A stretch of DNA of 64,000 bases from Octopus sinensis (Eukaryota): contig NC_042998.1 in assembly GCF_006345805.1 (NCBI RefSeq), forward strand, positions 48,484,001 through 48,548,000. The letters run 5' to 3'. Under the pieces are notes generated by a model, which ran no database searches, was not told the DNA's origin, and saw only the letters and a list, made by a program, of their open reading frames with translations. Shown here piece by piece: positions 25,447-41,634 of the stretch (its first letter is position 1; each line of letters starts with the position of its first letter). The translations under genes and the position numbers were made by a program.

Positions 25447-25538
25447 GTATGTATATATATATATATTTATATATATGTATGTATGTATGTAATGTATATA
25501 TATATATGTAATATATTGTATATATATATGTATGTATA

Positions 25539-25589
<51 letters not shown>

Positions 25590-25633
25590 TAGCTTGCTAG
25601 CTAGCTAGATATGTAGGTAGATAGATAGGTAGG

Positions 25634-25699
<66 letters not shown>

Positions 25700-25720
25700 T
25701 GATAGATAGATAGATAGATA
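24125..25720. repeat. Compound (TA)n/(TATG)n/(TAGA)n microsatellite blocks
   Basis: Directly visible, with duplicated sub-blocks (ggatggatgcatatatg at about 25052 and 25285). Unique or low-copy sequence interrupts at about 24670-25015. Confidence 0.9.
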
Positions 25721-26317
25721 GATAAATGAATGCACATATGTATATGTATGTATTTATATCGACATCAATATTTGTACATACGTATATGTGTATGAATATA
25801 TATGTATGTATGTTTGCCTCTGTGTGTGTCTGTGAGTGTACGCGCGCGCGTACGGGTGGATAGATGGATAGATGGACGTATGTATGTACGTATTGATGTC
25901 ATTTGATTTTGGGCCTGTACTTGCCTATGCGCGTTGACTTATCAACCGAAAACTAAATAGAGCGATAGATAACTAGAGCAGATAACTAATAAACATGCAA
26001 CTTGTTGCTTTTATTATTCTGCTAATTTGATCTGACATGCAATCATTTACTGCCTACCAGGTAATTTCAGCGTTTGTGAGCGTCCTTAAAAGCAGCTGTG
26101 TCTAATTAAGTGTGTACAGTTTATTGCTGGGCGATCGAAGAAAAACAAATGAAAACAAAACAATGACAAGTATATTGAAACATTGCAGAGAAATTATCTT
26201 CTATATTGTATTTCTGTTTGAATTACAGAAGCGAGCGTGGTTAGCACAAGAAATATACATATATATATATATAAATATACATATTCATATCTGTATAAAT
26301 ATATATGTATGTGTATG

Positions 26318-26354
<37 letters not shown>

Positions 26355-26389
26355 TCATATCTGTATAAATATATATATATGTATATATA

Positions 26390-26518
<129 letters not shown>

Positions 26519-26589
26519 CGTACTTACATACATGCATAGCCCCAGCATGGCCACAGCTCGTGAGCTGAAACTAGATAAAATAAAATTAA

Positions 26590-26815
26590 AATAAAAAATA
26601 TATATACAGTAAAACCCCAAAAAGGAGAACACAATAAACACAAAAAGACAACAACGCGAGGACGTGGTACGTGCAAAATATTAGCAGACGCTCAGGGAAG
26701 GAAAGAAAGATGATTTAACGTTTCGAGCAACGCTCTTCTTCAGAAACAGAGGAAGTCCAATAGAAAGGAGACAGAGAAGAAAATCGCGAACGATTCACAT
26801 GTGGTTACATTTTAT
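26590..26815 (-). mobile_element. PLE-derived pseudo-LTR module (family Y) within (TA)n
   Basis: caacaacgcgaggacgtgg ... tttaacgtttcgagc...ctcttcttcagaaac ... aaaatcgc; same family at 18870-19075, 54465-54680 and 63075-63275. Confidence 0.72.
26714..26746 (-). ncRNA. Minimal type I hammerhead ribozyme, intact core
   Basis: ttt CTGAAGA a GAGC-gtt-GCTC GAAA CG TT aaa. Stem I is short (3 bp). Confidence 0.78.
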
Positions 26816-26822
26816 ATATATA

Positions 26823-26921
<99 letters not shown>

Positions 26922-26930
26922 CATACATAC

Positions 26931-26971
<41 letters not shown>

Positions 26972-26974
26972 AAA

Positions 26975-27335
26975 GAATTCTTTTCCAGATAAGATAGAGA
27001 CCAAGGCTGCAACGATTTTTGAACATTTATAATAGAAGATCGTATAGCCCTTCATCGAAGACGGTATCAGAAAATGGTTAAGCAATAGTTAATTTAGATA
27101 AGATACGAAATAGAGAGTGAAGTAGAGGAATGAAAATAGATGTGAGATATGCATTTTCATTCCTCGACTTCACTCTCTATTTCGTATCTTATCTAAATTA
27201 ACGCTTAACCATTCTAGCGCCGTCTCCGATGAAGGGATATAATAAATATCTTGGAAACAGCTGTAAGACCTATTTATAAATGTTCTAGAATCTTCACAGC
27301 CTTGGTTTTTTTTATCACATTCTGAAAATTTTTTT
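26975..27335. mobile_element. Fold-back (inverted pseudo-LTR) element of about 360 bp within (TA)n
   Basis: Arms about 26975-27137 and 27153-27335 with a ~15-nt spacer. The left arm lacks about 18 nt covering the HHR GAAA and cleavage site. Confidence 0.8.
27222..27269 (+). ncRNA. Type I hammerhead ribozyme, U4C core variant
   Basis: gtct CCGATGA agggATAT-aataa-ATATcttg GAAA CAGCTG TA agac, with palindromic stem III (ACAGCTGT). The base of stem II is imperfect. Confidence 0.78.
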
Positions 27336-27369
27336 TTTATATATACACACGGTTTATTGATATATGATG

Positions 27370-27450
<81 letters not shown>

Positions 27451-27465
27451 ACATATATATATATA

Positions 27466-28026
27466 TATACTGACATCGCAAAAGTAGTTAGACATGACTT
27501 TAGAAAGATTCCTACATTCGTCTTTAGATTTTGCTCGTCGAAGAAGAGGTTTCCTTATAACTGCTCTTCCATAGTAGCCAAATTGATGGAGATACCTCAC
27601 CACATATGCACTCCGACTCCATTGGCATTGCTCTGCAACGGAGGATTATCTTCAGCAATCGGCTGACAGCCCGAATCCATCTGTCAGAGGTCCCAAGTCG
27701 ACCTAAGAATGATGCTGTTGATACCTTTTCGATGCTGATTAATTGTACAATCATACTTTTGATTGTAGCAAGAGGAATCCCTGAGTTTTGTGCAATCTTA
27801 CGCTGGCTAATTTCACCTTCAGACTGACCCACAATGCGTCCGCTTTGAAGTCAGATAATTCTTTTAGTTCTGGTGTTCATGCCTAGTTGCTACAAAGGAT
27901 TAATATACTGTAATCTGTAAATGAAAAATAATAATACATTAACTAGTTTGATGCACCAGGTGGTGTCCACATAGATAGAAACGATATAAAGAAGTGTAGC
28001 TATTTACTTTTTGAGATGTTTGCATA
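27466..28026 (-). mobile_element. Internally deleted Tc1-like element (N-terminal HTH remnant)
   Basis: ORF 27524-27832(-) GEISQRKIAQNSGIPLATIKSMI...GRLGTSDR resembles the Tc1 paired-like HTH and GRP motif. Imperfect TIRs: actgacatcgcaaaagtag and tactttttgagatgtttgca. Confidence 0.6.
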
Positions 28027-28879
28027 CACACACACAAACATATGTATGTTATATATATATATATATATATATATGGAAAAAAAGTCAAGATAGAAATAAT
28101 TTTATAAAAAACATTTCAGTACCGGTTCCAGTCATTGGAACTTTTTCAACTGTAAGTATGGAAAACAAGTAAATTTAGAAAAATTAAAAGAAAAGTTTTT
28201 TTAAAAGAATATTTGTATAGTGTTCAGATACAAGTGGCATTTTCCTTGTATCTGCCTGTCTCTGTGTGGCGATTAAACACTGATCGATATATATATATAT
28301 ATATAAGTGTGTGTGTGTGTGTGTGTATGTACATATGTATATATGTATTATAAGTCATAGAAGAGCAATGGGGTTGGCCTTTTCTATAACCTGTGTGAGC
28401 GTTTGTCATATTAGAAAAATTCTCCATTTAAATTAGCTGCAGTCTTATAGTTTCAACACACAATTTTCTCGCTCGCGGAGCATCATTGAAATATCTACAG
28501 GAGTAGATTCTCATTATCTTCTCAAAGACTCACAAAAAGACATGAAGTCGGTCATATCATCTGTGAAAATCTTGCTAATGAAACAGTGATATACCGTAGT
28601 TCATAGAAGTTAGTTGTAACGATAGCATAGTGTTATTATGATTCTACTAGGCGGGCTGAAGTAATGACGGTGGAAGTACGTTGACCATGAATATTGTATG
28701 CTGACCATTTCATAATTGGAACAGTGGCTTGTTCGGCTGCAGTAGTGGTACCTGGATTAGTATAACTCTGTGCGATAACTCATGGTGTCATGCCCAACCT
28801 ATTATCGTGACCTTATTCCATACCTTACAGATTCCTTATTGGCTGCCATGGCTGCGTAGTTAAGACGGGCACTAATAGT

Positions 28880-29525
28880 GATTTCAAATTTTGGCTCAAG
28901 ACCAGTAATTTCGGATGAGAAGCTAAGTCAATTATATCGACCCCAGTATTCAATTGGTACCTGTTTTATTGACCCCGAAGTCATGTAAGGCAAAGTGGAC
29001 CTCGGTGGAATTTGAAGTCAAAAGGTAAAGGCGGACAAGATGCTGTTAAGCATTCTGCTTGACGTGCTAAAGAAGGACACTAATATAATGTTGATGCAGG
29101 ATCGTTAGCACGCCGGGCGAAATGCTTAACGGTACTTCCTCTGCCGCTACGTTCTGAGTTCGAATTCCACCGAGGTCGACATTTCCCTTCCTCCTTTCGG
29201 GGTCGATAAATTAAGGACCAGTGAAACACCGGGATCGATGCAACCGACTAGCTCCCTCCCCCAAAATTTCAGGCCTTGTGCCTATAGAAGTAAAGAATAT
29301 TATACTGATGTCTTAAGGCGGCGAGCTAGCAGAATCGTTAGTACACTGGGTAAGATGCTTAAAGGCATTTCATCGGTTTTTACGTTCTGACATCAAATTC
29401 CGTCGAGGTCGACTTTGTCTTTCATCATTTTGGGATCGATAAAATAAGTACCAGTTGAGCACTAGGGCCGATGTATCCAACTTAGCCCTGGCCCCGGTAT
29501 TGCTGGCCTTGTACCAATATTTGAA
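28880..29525. mobile_element. Cluster of three SINE family A copies (one minus, two plus)
   Basis: Core motif repeated. The last copy is flanked by tattatact(g/a)..gtctt, a probable TSD. Confidence 0.75.
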
Positions 29526-31921
29526 ATCAGTATTATACTAGTGTCTTTCCTGACCTATGTAAAGAGAAAATATCTGGAAATGAAAATGGAAACTAGACTC
29601 AGAAATGGAAACTAGGCTCAGAAGTGGAAACTAGACCCAGAAATGAAAACTAGACTCACCAGGTTATTTGTTGCTGTGGTTATTGTTGCTTACCTCTAGA
29701 CATTCAAGTCATGTATGAACAAAACCATTGAAGTCTCCTTCTTAATTTGCTTTTGTTCAAACATCTCATACTGTGTTATCCAACGAGTCCTTTTCTGTAA
29801 GACGATGTGTGTATAATACGAGAAAGCTTAAGTTATAATTTTAGCAGATTTTGTGAACACACTGAGGCTCCTTTGGTAGATCATTGTCTCTTAAGTACTC
29901 TCCATTGCAGGAAAAATACAGATACTTAAAGAGTGGTTTTAAAAACAGATAATTCTGAATCGCAGCTGCTTAGCATTTCTCCATGTTTAGCATGCAAAAA
30001 AAAAACAACAACAACAAAAACTTACGCATATTAGATAAATTACAAATTAGTTTTACCTTAATTATCGAATCTAATATCAAGTTCTGAGAATGAAACGACT
30101 TGTTAGCTTACGTCAAACTAACTGAAGATTAACGAGCAATTATATAATTTACAGTTCTGAAATCACCTAATTATACACTTGTTATTAACTTGCTGCAAAC
30201 ATTATAATCCCCATCATAAATATTCTTCATCGCATCTTCCCCAAACTCTCCATTTTGCTTCTCCATCATATGATCATACTATCACTACCATCCTCATCCA
30301 CGCAAAATAAAAAGCAGCTTTGCTTCAAGTAAGACTCGCAGGACGCTCCTAGTTCTCAAAACCTTTGAGTCATTGAATCAGTAGTGTTACTATATAATCG
30401 ACGATTCACTGACCCCATTTACCTCCCTTGGAAATTTCAAAATATTACATCAAAAGTTTAAGTTGAAGGCTCTAAAATGTAGAATATCGAAATATCATAG
30501 TGATCAGAGAGCCTTTAATAGGTCAAAGGCCAACAGCAATATAATCACGCTTTGGAGAATATATTATGATGAAGTAATGGATGGAATGACTGAGAGAAAA
30601 TATCCTGAGATGCCTGTTACATGAAAGCCTAATAGAAAGTGAGCATTAGTGTGCGGGAGTTAGTAATCTATGAAATGGTATTTAGTTAAAATGAAAACTT
30701 TCAGTTTGGCGCATAGATTTGGTAGACGGAAACTGAAAGAAGCCCCTCGTATATATATATACATGTATGTGTGTATATGCTTGTGTGTCTGTATTTGTCC
30801 CCCCCCAACATCGCTTGACAACCGATGCTAGTGTGTTTACGTCCCCGTAACTTAGCGGTTCGGCAAAAGAGACCGATAGAATAAGTACTAGGCTTACAAA
30901 GAATAAGTCCTGGGGTCGATTTGCTCGACTAAAGATGGTGCTCCAGCATGGCTGCAGTCAAATGACTGAAACAAGTAAAAGAGTATTCCTAAAGGTAAGT
31001 CTAAATTTTCACTGAATGTCCATGTTTAGTTTTGTCTCACAACTACGTTTTATTTTTTACACCAGAAGTATTTATAAAATTTACTATTACTATTTTTCTC
31101 GAATTACTGTATTAACCATATTCACGCCTATTTTACTATCCATTTTTCATGCAGGAACGTCCCTGAGTATTCTTTCAAATCATACTTTTGAATTATAAAT
31201 CTACACACTGTTATCTCACAAAGGTCTTAAATATTATTCTCATCCTCTAAGGTCTACCAGTCATTGTTAGACAATGCTTCATGATGAAGTTTAACAAAAC
31301 CAAAATATTACTGAATGTGGTATCGTACTGGTAAAGATCAGACTCATTTGCCAGTCCATTCTATAATTAATTAATTTAATTTGATTAACATGTCATGGTT
31401 GTGTCCCCTTGCATCTGTCTTTTTTCTTTTTACTAAAATTAGTTATTTAGAAAATATATTGTTCTCGAGAATCTCGTTATAATTAATAGCTCTTGATTTT
31501 TACTACATCAAATATACTAGCGCATATTTACTAATATGTTCGATCGATAAACAGGTGAAGGGTGGACACTACAAAGTCGTATTTTTAACATTACATAAAC
31601 TGATATCTAAAAGATCGTTTTTTATTAGAACAGATCAAATATACATTGATAAGTAATTGTAGATTAAGATTAACAAAATTGAGAAACGACTGAAGGTTGT
31701 AAGGTCAAATTATTTTGTACAGTATCTTAATGCCTGGCTTAACAGACAGGTTGGTACGACTAAAAACATGAAAGCGATTTTTTTTCTCTCTCTCAAGAAT
31801 ATATAAAACTTCCTAGTTACGAGTCAAAAGGACATAACATAATCACCTCCAGATTTTAGACAGATGTAAACAAAATCATACAGATATACACACACCGACA
31901 GACACACACACACATATTTAG

Positions 31922-31922
31922 T

Positions 31923-32003
<81 letters not shown>
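31922..32003. repeat. (TAGA)n microsatellite
   Basis: Directly visible. Others occur at about 25620-25720, 46735-46780 and 51620-51810. Confidence 0.95.
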
Positions 32004-32005
<2 letters not shown>

Positions 32006-32641
32006 GAATGGGTGTGTGGTAAGTAGCTTGTTCACGAACCACATGGTTCCGGGTTCAATCCCACTGCGTGGCACCTTGGGCAAGTGTGTTCTACTATAGC
32101 CTCCGGCCGACCATGACCTTGTGAGTGGATTTGGTAGACGGAAACTGAAAAGAAGCCCGTCGTATATATGCATGTGTATATATATAATATATGTGTGTGT
32201 TTTGTGTGTGTGTGTGTGTGTGCGTGTGCGTGTGTGTGTGTGTTCTTGGGTGTCTGTTTGTCCCCCCAACATCGCTTGATGCTGGTGTGTTTACGTCCCC
32301 GTAACTTAGCGGTTTGGCAAAAGTGACCGATAGAATAAGTACTAGCCTTACAAAGAATAAGTCCTGAGGTCGATTTGCTCGACTAAAGGCGGTGTTCCAG
32401 CATGGCCACAGTCAAATGACTGAAACAAGCAAAAGAGCAAAAAATAGATAGATAGATAGATAGATAGATAGACGGACTGACGGACTGATGGACGGACAGA
32501 CTGACAGACGGACGGACTGACAGACGGACGGACTGACAGACGGACGCCCACAATATACACACACATACACACATATATCAACTATAATCAGGGATAAAAT
32601 CTATATATCAAATCTATATTTATCAAGTAGCTAGCATGTAA

Positions 32642-32963
32642 AAACCATATATTTAGTCAGGAGCTTTGAGTGGTGAATATATTTATTCAACCACTTCTTA
32701 TCTTTAGGATTATGGCCGTTTGGCAGCCTTCGTCACATAATAATAATAATTTCAGTGTATGATAAATTATTTTAATTGTCTGCACTAATATGCATGCTAT
32801 GCATTGTACCATGCAATTGTACATTTACAAATGAATGCAGATAAAGAAGGTTAGCTCATGTGATCACCATAACATTATGGTTACACCAATGCTTTAACTC
32901 TAAGGATAACAAGTGATTAAATAAATATATTCACCACTCATACCTCCTGACTTATTCTGGTTT
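32642..32963. mobile_element. MITE with ~65-70-bp imperfect TIRs
   Basis: agtcaggagctttgagtggtgaatatatttattcaaccactt ... aagtgattaaataaatatattcaccactcatacctcctgact. Confidence 0.7.
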
Positions 32964-33464
32964 ATATTCTCGTCATGAGATAATTTCATAGATTACATCT
33001 CCTGGGTTTCGGCTGAATAGAACTCTGCCTCATACTCCTTCGTATTAGATTACTATGTGGTATGGTAGCCGTGTCCACCAGAGGAGCTTTCTGTGATAGC
33101 TACCTGAATCTATGAATTCACATATTGCACTACAAATTTGTGTGTGTATGTGTGTGTGTGTGCATGCGCGTGCACAAAGGAAAAGAGAGATTTAAAACTC
33201 CAAGTGAATACTTTATAAACATTCCGTATGGATCAATCTTGGTAGATTAAATTGTCTAGTGAAAATCATTCTAATCCAGGTCGGTCGTAAAATTACTTCT
33301 CGCTGTCCGTCCAGTTTGCAAATCCGAGGTTCAACTACCGAATAAATTTAGTATAACGTCACAGAACATAGAGGTAAAGCACAAAGAATGAAGAATTATA
33401 CATTCTTTAATTCGCTTACACGTATCTAGTGTTAATTTTCATGGTTCTAGACAAGCATATAAAT

Positions 33465-35337
<1,873 letters not shown>

Positions 35338-36437
35338 GACGGACTGGGGAATACATACGCCATTGAAACTGGAAAACTGGGCCCATGAGCCTGGCTAGGC
35401 TTTAAACGGGCGCATTTATTTTTATTATACATACATATATATATACATACACACACAGTTATTTATACACACACGCACACACACACACGCACACATATGT
35501 ATATTGATAAATAGATACATACATGCACACACACACATATATGTATATATACATATAGATATTGTTATAAATAAATACATGCCTATGTGTGTGCGTATTT
35601 GTGTGTGTATGTATGTTTGTGAAAGCACATACTAGCACACAAACACATATAACGAGCTTGCAGCCATTTGCGGTTTACCGAATATTATGTTCAAATCATG
35701 TCAACTCACAGCCAGTAAAATATATTTGCCCAAAGTATCATATAGTGAGCTTGAATCCTGCACTATAAGATTGCAAGGCGAATTTATTAACCACACAGCC
35801 TTGTCAGTAAAAAAATATTCAGTATTTAGGATTCTGTGCAGATATTTGCTACGAATCTTTTTATGTAATTTTTATTCAATATTTCGCTCTTGAACTTATT
35901 GGTTCGGCTACATCTGGCATTTATTGTTTTGCGTGTGCTTTAATTTTCGTTGTAGATATATATATTTCCTACCTGGTTTATTTTTGACGTGTCTTATTTT
36001 TATTGTTTCTGCTCTGCTTGAAAACACAGAAATACGAATGGTACATTCATACACGCACACATATACATGGAGAAAGATAAATTTATCTACAGTTCCATAC
36101 ATGTACATACACATACACAGGCACTTACACATGTATATGTGTGTGTGTTTGTGAGTGTGTGTGTGAGTGTGTGCGAGTGTGTGTGTGAGTGAGTATACAT
36201 AGATAAAGATAGATGGAAAGAAATTCCTATACATATATATATATGTACATGTAAACATACACATGAAACACACAGAGATGCACGCACACGCGCACACACG
36301 CACTTACACACACACGCACACATACACACAAACACTCACACACACACACACACACACACACAGCATTGAAAAGTCCTGAAACTATGCAGGAAAAGAAATA
36401 ATATTGGGAAAGAATGAAACAAATAAACAGACTTAAA

Positions 36438-36467
36438 TTAAAGAAAGAAAGAAAGAAAGAAAGAAAA

Positions 36468-36535
<68 letters not shown>

Positions 36536-36560
36536 AGGGAGGAAAAAAGAAAGAAAGAAT
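36438..36560. repeat. (GAAA)n microsatellite
   Basis: Directly visible. The KKER ORF is an artefact of it. Confidence 0.95.
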
Positions 36561-37394
36561 GAAAGAAACTATGAAATACTTTATGATGAAAAAAATGAAT
36601 GCAGATAAATTTGAATTAGGAAAGACGTTATTTCATAATGATTTCAGGTTGGGTCAATAACCCGCCATTATTTTATGCCAGCCACTCATATTGGTTGACA
36701 GCATTCTTAACACTTTTATAGCAATAGGCGGATATTGAACACTAAAAGTAAATGGCAATGAGCAATAACAACAACAGCAACAACTGCGGCGGCGACGACG
36801 ACAACAACAACAACAACTACTACAGAATAAATATAGATCACTGATAGAAGAGAGCATAATTTTATCGAAGAGAGTAGATAATGATTTTCTATGAATCTTG
36901 ATAGTGCACAAAGAAGCGTAATGTTATGCTTGGTTTGTAAGAAACATGATTCATTCAATAATTTTAGAAGAATATTTTTTTTTAAGGAACTTAAAGTAAA
37001 GAATATAATTCTTAAAACGAAAACGAAAACAAAAAAAAAAAACGGAATTAAAGAATATTTTTAATTCGAAAATTTCTTTATAACAGAAACATTTCTTACA
37101 AAGGTGGAAAGAAAGCGCAGATTAAGCAGCTTAAACTAGAAAAGAGAAATTTTTTGTAAAGCAAAAAAATAACCAAAAAGTTGGCAAATATTGTGTTCTT
37201 CCAATCAATTGTTAAAAGAAAATTTTTTGAAAGAGAGAAAAAGAAACAATAACTTTATCACTAAAGACTGTAAAATGTCGAATAATATTCAGTCGTGTGC
37301 AAGGAAATTAAATCTCTACACTGTGAAATAACTACCAAACCAATCGATGGCTCGAGGGTTCGTAACCCTTCACCGTTTATTATTATATATCGTC

Positions 37395-37925
37395 CAAAGG
37401 TCGTGAACTGGTAGAATCTTTAGCACGCCGGATATAATGCTGAGCGGCATTTCTTCCGTCTTTACGTTCTTAGTTCAAATTCCGTCGAGGTCGACTTTGC
37501 TTTTCAACCTTTCGGAATCGATAAAATAAGCCCCAACTGGACATTGGGATCATTGTAATCGACGTACCCTACCCCTGAAATTGCTGGCTTTGTGCTAAAA
37601 TTTGAAATCATTATTATATATCGACCATCTTACGTCCTGAGTTCAAATTTCACTGGAGTCGACTTTGACTTTCATCCTTTCGAGGTCAATGAAGTAATTA
37701 CTAGTTGAGTATTGGATCGGTCTAATCGATTACCCTTCCCCCAAAATTGCTGTCCTTGTGCCAACTTTTGAAATCCTTATTATACATCGTCCATCTTACT
37801 CGACTTTGACTTTCATCTTTCCGAGGTCGATGAAGTAATTACCTGTTGAGCACCGGGTCGATAAACTAATTACCAGTTGAGCACTCCCTTGAAATTGCTG
37901 GTCTTAGGCCAAATTTTGAAAGCTG
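37395..37925 (+). mobile_element. Diverged SINE family A tandem array (three units)
   Basis: Each unit is preceded by ttattatatatcg(t/a)cc, which suggests local tandem duplication. Confidence 0.7.
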
Positions 37926-39295
37926 AATTATGTATTTAAGAAAGAGTACAGGATTGGTAGGATCGTTACAGTGTCGTGGAAAATACCTTGCATTACGTTC
38001 CAAATTACGCTGATGTTAACTTTGCCCTTTATACCACAAGAATCGACAGAACAAAGTACCAGTTAAATACTGGTCTCAATGGTATCGACTATACTCATCT
38101 CTTCAAAACTGCTGGCCTTGTGCCTAAATTAGAAACAATTATAAAGCATTTTAATAAAGATATTCGAATAACACTACTCCATTGCAACTAGAAATACGTA
38201 CCATTTCATATAAGTCAATTAATCTTTTCTACTATAGGCACAAGGCCAGAAATTTTTGGGGAAGAAGTAAGTCGATCGCATCGACCCCAGTACTCAACTG
38301 GTACTTAATTTATCGACCTCGAAAGGATGAAAGGCAAAGTCGACCTCGGCGGAATTTGAACTCAGAACGCAGCGATTTGCCGCCACATCCAGTAACATTC
38401 ATTCTTATACAGATGACGAAACAGTTCGTTTTTCCTTGCCTTCCCTGTCTATGCATTATCGACACGCAACCTAGATACTACACATCAAACTCACGTTGTT
38501 ACTGTAAACAGAAACCATCAGCGCATTCTCCAACAGTGTCATGCAAACTTTATCCCTTTTAAGAGCACAAATTCTCGCACTACCTATATCAAGAAAACAT
38601 CACCGCACACACCCTCTTAAAATATGAGCTGCACTCAGCTAGATCCCTCACCATCGCATCAAATGCTGAGCTTCACTATAACCAAGTACGTCTCCTGGCG
38701 AAAGCATATATTTAGTATAGTCCAGATGGTATCCTAAAGTCTAGTTCTCTTTAGGACTAGAAGATTTTCTGTCCCACAACCGTTGCTGATACTCTACGAA
38801 TGAGGCCCCAATAGACTACTGCGCCCTCGTACCTATATGAGGGCGCTGCTGCTATGCACCACAAACATCCTGGACTATATCTTGAGGAGGGCCACTCTGC
38901 TGGTTAGTATCTATTCGCTAATCAACACACTCCAACGTCTGGCCTACAAGCATGCTATCTTCTCTTTGTCTTTTGTTATTTCTTTATTGCCCACAAACAA
39001 GGACAGACAAAAGGATTAAGTCGATTACATCGACCCAGTGCGTAACTGGTACTTAATTTATCGACCCCGAAAGGATGAAAGTGATGGTGTGCCCCCACCA
39101 TCACTCGATAACCGGTGTTGGCGTTTTTATGTCCACGTAACTTAGCGGTTTGGCAAAATAAATCGATTGAATACTTAAATAAGTATTGGGGTCGAATAAT
39201 TTAGCAAAAGAAATTTCTTCAGGCGGTTCCCCAACATAGCCACAGTCTATTGACTGAAACGAGTAGAAGATAAAATATATACAGGTATATATATA

Positions 39296-39353
<58 letters not shown>

Positions 39354-39764
39354 GGGGTGTATAAATTTAAAATAATAAGGGAGAAAAATTGAATATTAAT
39401 TTGATTAATGTCAATTTAAAACCAGTGGTCTAGCATAAAGAAAAATCTGAAGATTCAGCAAAAAACCTTAAGAACCGGCACTCCGTCGGTTATGACAACG
39501 AGGGTTCGCGTTGATCCGATCAACGCAACAGCCTACTCGTTAAATTAACGTGCATGTGGCCGAGCACTCCACAGATACGTATACCCTTAATGTAGTTCTC
39601 AGGAAGATTCAGCGTGACACACAATGGGACAAAGCTGGCCCTTTGAATTACAGGTGCTACTCAATTTACCAGTTCAGTGGACTTGAGCAATATGAAATAA
39701 AATGTCTTGCTCCGGGAATTTAACTCATGACCTTACGATCGTCCGCTGAATACTCTAACTACGC

Positions 39765-40056
39765 CAAGTCAGCTGCCAGACGTCGGAGTTTCAATGTATC
39801 AATGCTCAGGGAAGTAAGGCGTTCAGAATATGGCAAACGCTTGATGCAGAGTATTCATTGGTTGCACGTCGCTGAACGGTTTCCAGACGATTAATATCCT
39901 GGGCAAGATAGGGGTTCCAGACCGGTGATGCAAATTCCAGGTGAGGCCGCACAATAGCTATATAAAGCCGCAGATAGATAGCCGGAGAGCGGCTCACAAA
40001 GGACCTGGTGAGTGATGCCAAGACACCCTCAGCCTTCTTGGAAATTTTAGCAACAT
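39765..40056 (-). mobile_element. CR1/L2-group LINE ORF2 (RT C-terminal) fragment
   Basis: KAEGVLASLTRSFVSRSPAIYLRLYIAIVRPHLEFASPVWNPYLAQDINRLETVQRRAT matches the LYxxxVRPxLEYxxxVWxP...LExVQRRA motif of jockey-group RTs. Confidence 0.88.
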
Positions 40057-40575
40057 TAAGGGTAAACGTGTCTGTGGAGTGCTCAGCCACATGCACATTA
40101 ATTTCATGAGCAGGCGTTTCGTTGATCAGATCAACGGAACACTCGACGTCGTAACCGACGGAGTGCCATCACAAAATCACAAGTTATTATGATAAGTTGT
40201 ACGCTAATTTCTGTACTTATAAAGGCGGCGAGCTGGCAGAATCGTTAGCACGCCAGGCGAAGTGCTTAGCAGTATTTCGTCTGTCTTTACGTTCTGAGTT
40301 CAAATTTCGCCGAGGTCGACTTTGCCTTTCATCCTTTCGGGGTCGACAAATTTAGTACCAGTTGCTTACTGGGTTTGATCTTATCGACTGCTCCCCCAAT
40401 CCCCAAAATATCTGACCTTGTGCCTTGAGTAGAAAAGAATTTCTGTACGTATAGCGTACTTTTGCCGTATATTCTCATTTGTTGTAGAGAAATGGTGATT
40501 ACAGGTAGAATTGACAAAATCCATAGTGGATCTAATACATTCTTTTTGCAACATTGTTATTATTCCTTTCTATGT

Positions 40576-40957
40576 GGAGGCGCAATGACCCAGTGGTTAG
40601 GGCAGCGGACTCGCGGTCATAGGATCGCGGTTTCGATTCCCAGACCGGGCGTTGTGAGTGTTTATTGAGCGAAAACACCTAAAGCTCCACGAGGCTCCGG
40701 CAGGGGATGGTGGTGATCCCTGCTGTACTCTTTCACCACAACTTTCTCTCACTCTTACTTCCTGTTTCTGTTGTACCTGTATTTCAAAGGGCCGGCCTTG
40801 TCACTCTCTGTGTCACGCTGAATATCCCCGAGAACTACGTTAAGGGTACACGTGTCTGTGGAGTGCTCAGCCACTTACACGTTAATTTCACGAGCAGGCT
40901 GTTCCGTTGATTCGGATCAACCGGAACCCTCGTCGTCGTAACCGACGGAGTGCTTCC
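40576..40957 (+). mobile_element. tRNA-Arg-like SINE family B, full length
   Basis: ggaggcgcaatgacccagtggttagggcagcggacTCGcgg...gtttcgattcc head and gtggagtgctcagccac...accgacggagtgc tail. Confidence 0.88.
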
Positions 40958-41540
40958 ATCCATTTCTTTCTATAGTTCAAATGTGGTACTGGTGATTTCT
41001 CTAAGTATACGTACATGTGTCGTTTTGCTTTCTTTATCGTCTCTTCTATGTGTGCTAAGAATGTTGTTGAGATGTTGCATGTAAATCCTAATATTTTTTG
41101 CTATTTCAACGTGTCTAATATATTTGTTTCTCAGTGTAGTGAGTGAACTGAATTAGTTGTATTTATTGTGGCTTTCGAGAGCGCGCGCGCGCGTGTATAT
41201 ATGTGTGTGTGTGTGTGTGTGGATTTTGTGCGCGCGTGCGTGTGTGTTGGATTTTGTGCGTGGTTGAGTTGCTAGTAAGGGAAGTAGGGAATTTGACAGC
41301 TGCTACTAAACTCTGTGCACGTAGGATTCTAGGTGATTTAAATAAATTTGGCATATTTTGGCGTAGGTATGACTGTGTGGTTAAGAAGCTCACTTTGCGA
41401 TCACGTGGCTTCGGGTTTTGTCGCTTAGGCACCTCTGGTCAGTGCCTGTCAGCATAGACCTGAGCTAACCAATGACTTGTGAATGAATTTGGTAGACAGA
41501 AACTGTATGGAAGCCCGTCGAGTGTGTGTGTGAGAGAGAG

Positions 41541-41571
<31 letters not shown>

Positions 41572-41634
41572 ATAAAAACGGTAAGATAATAAAAGAAAGA
41601 AAGAGACCTCGATATTATGTAAATAGAGGAAATT

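Noticed and set aside
29580-29660. 19-bp x4 minisatellite (agaaatggaaactagactc)
   Set aside because: An ordinary short tandem repeat with no spacers or associated features.
38716-38879. Possible small MITE (tatagtccagatg/catcctggactata)
   Set aside because: Only a ~13-bp imperfect inverted match, and no second copy in the window.
40576-40650. tRNA-Arg(TCG)-like gene (also other SINE heads)
   Set aside because: There is no proper acceptor stem, and it continues into a conserved SINE body and tail with a TSD.
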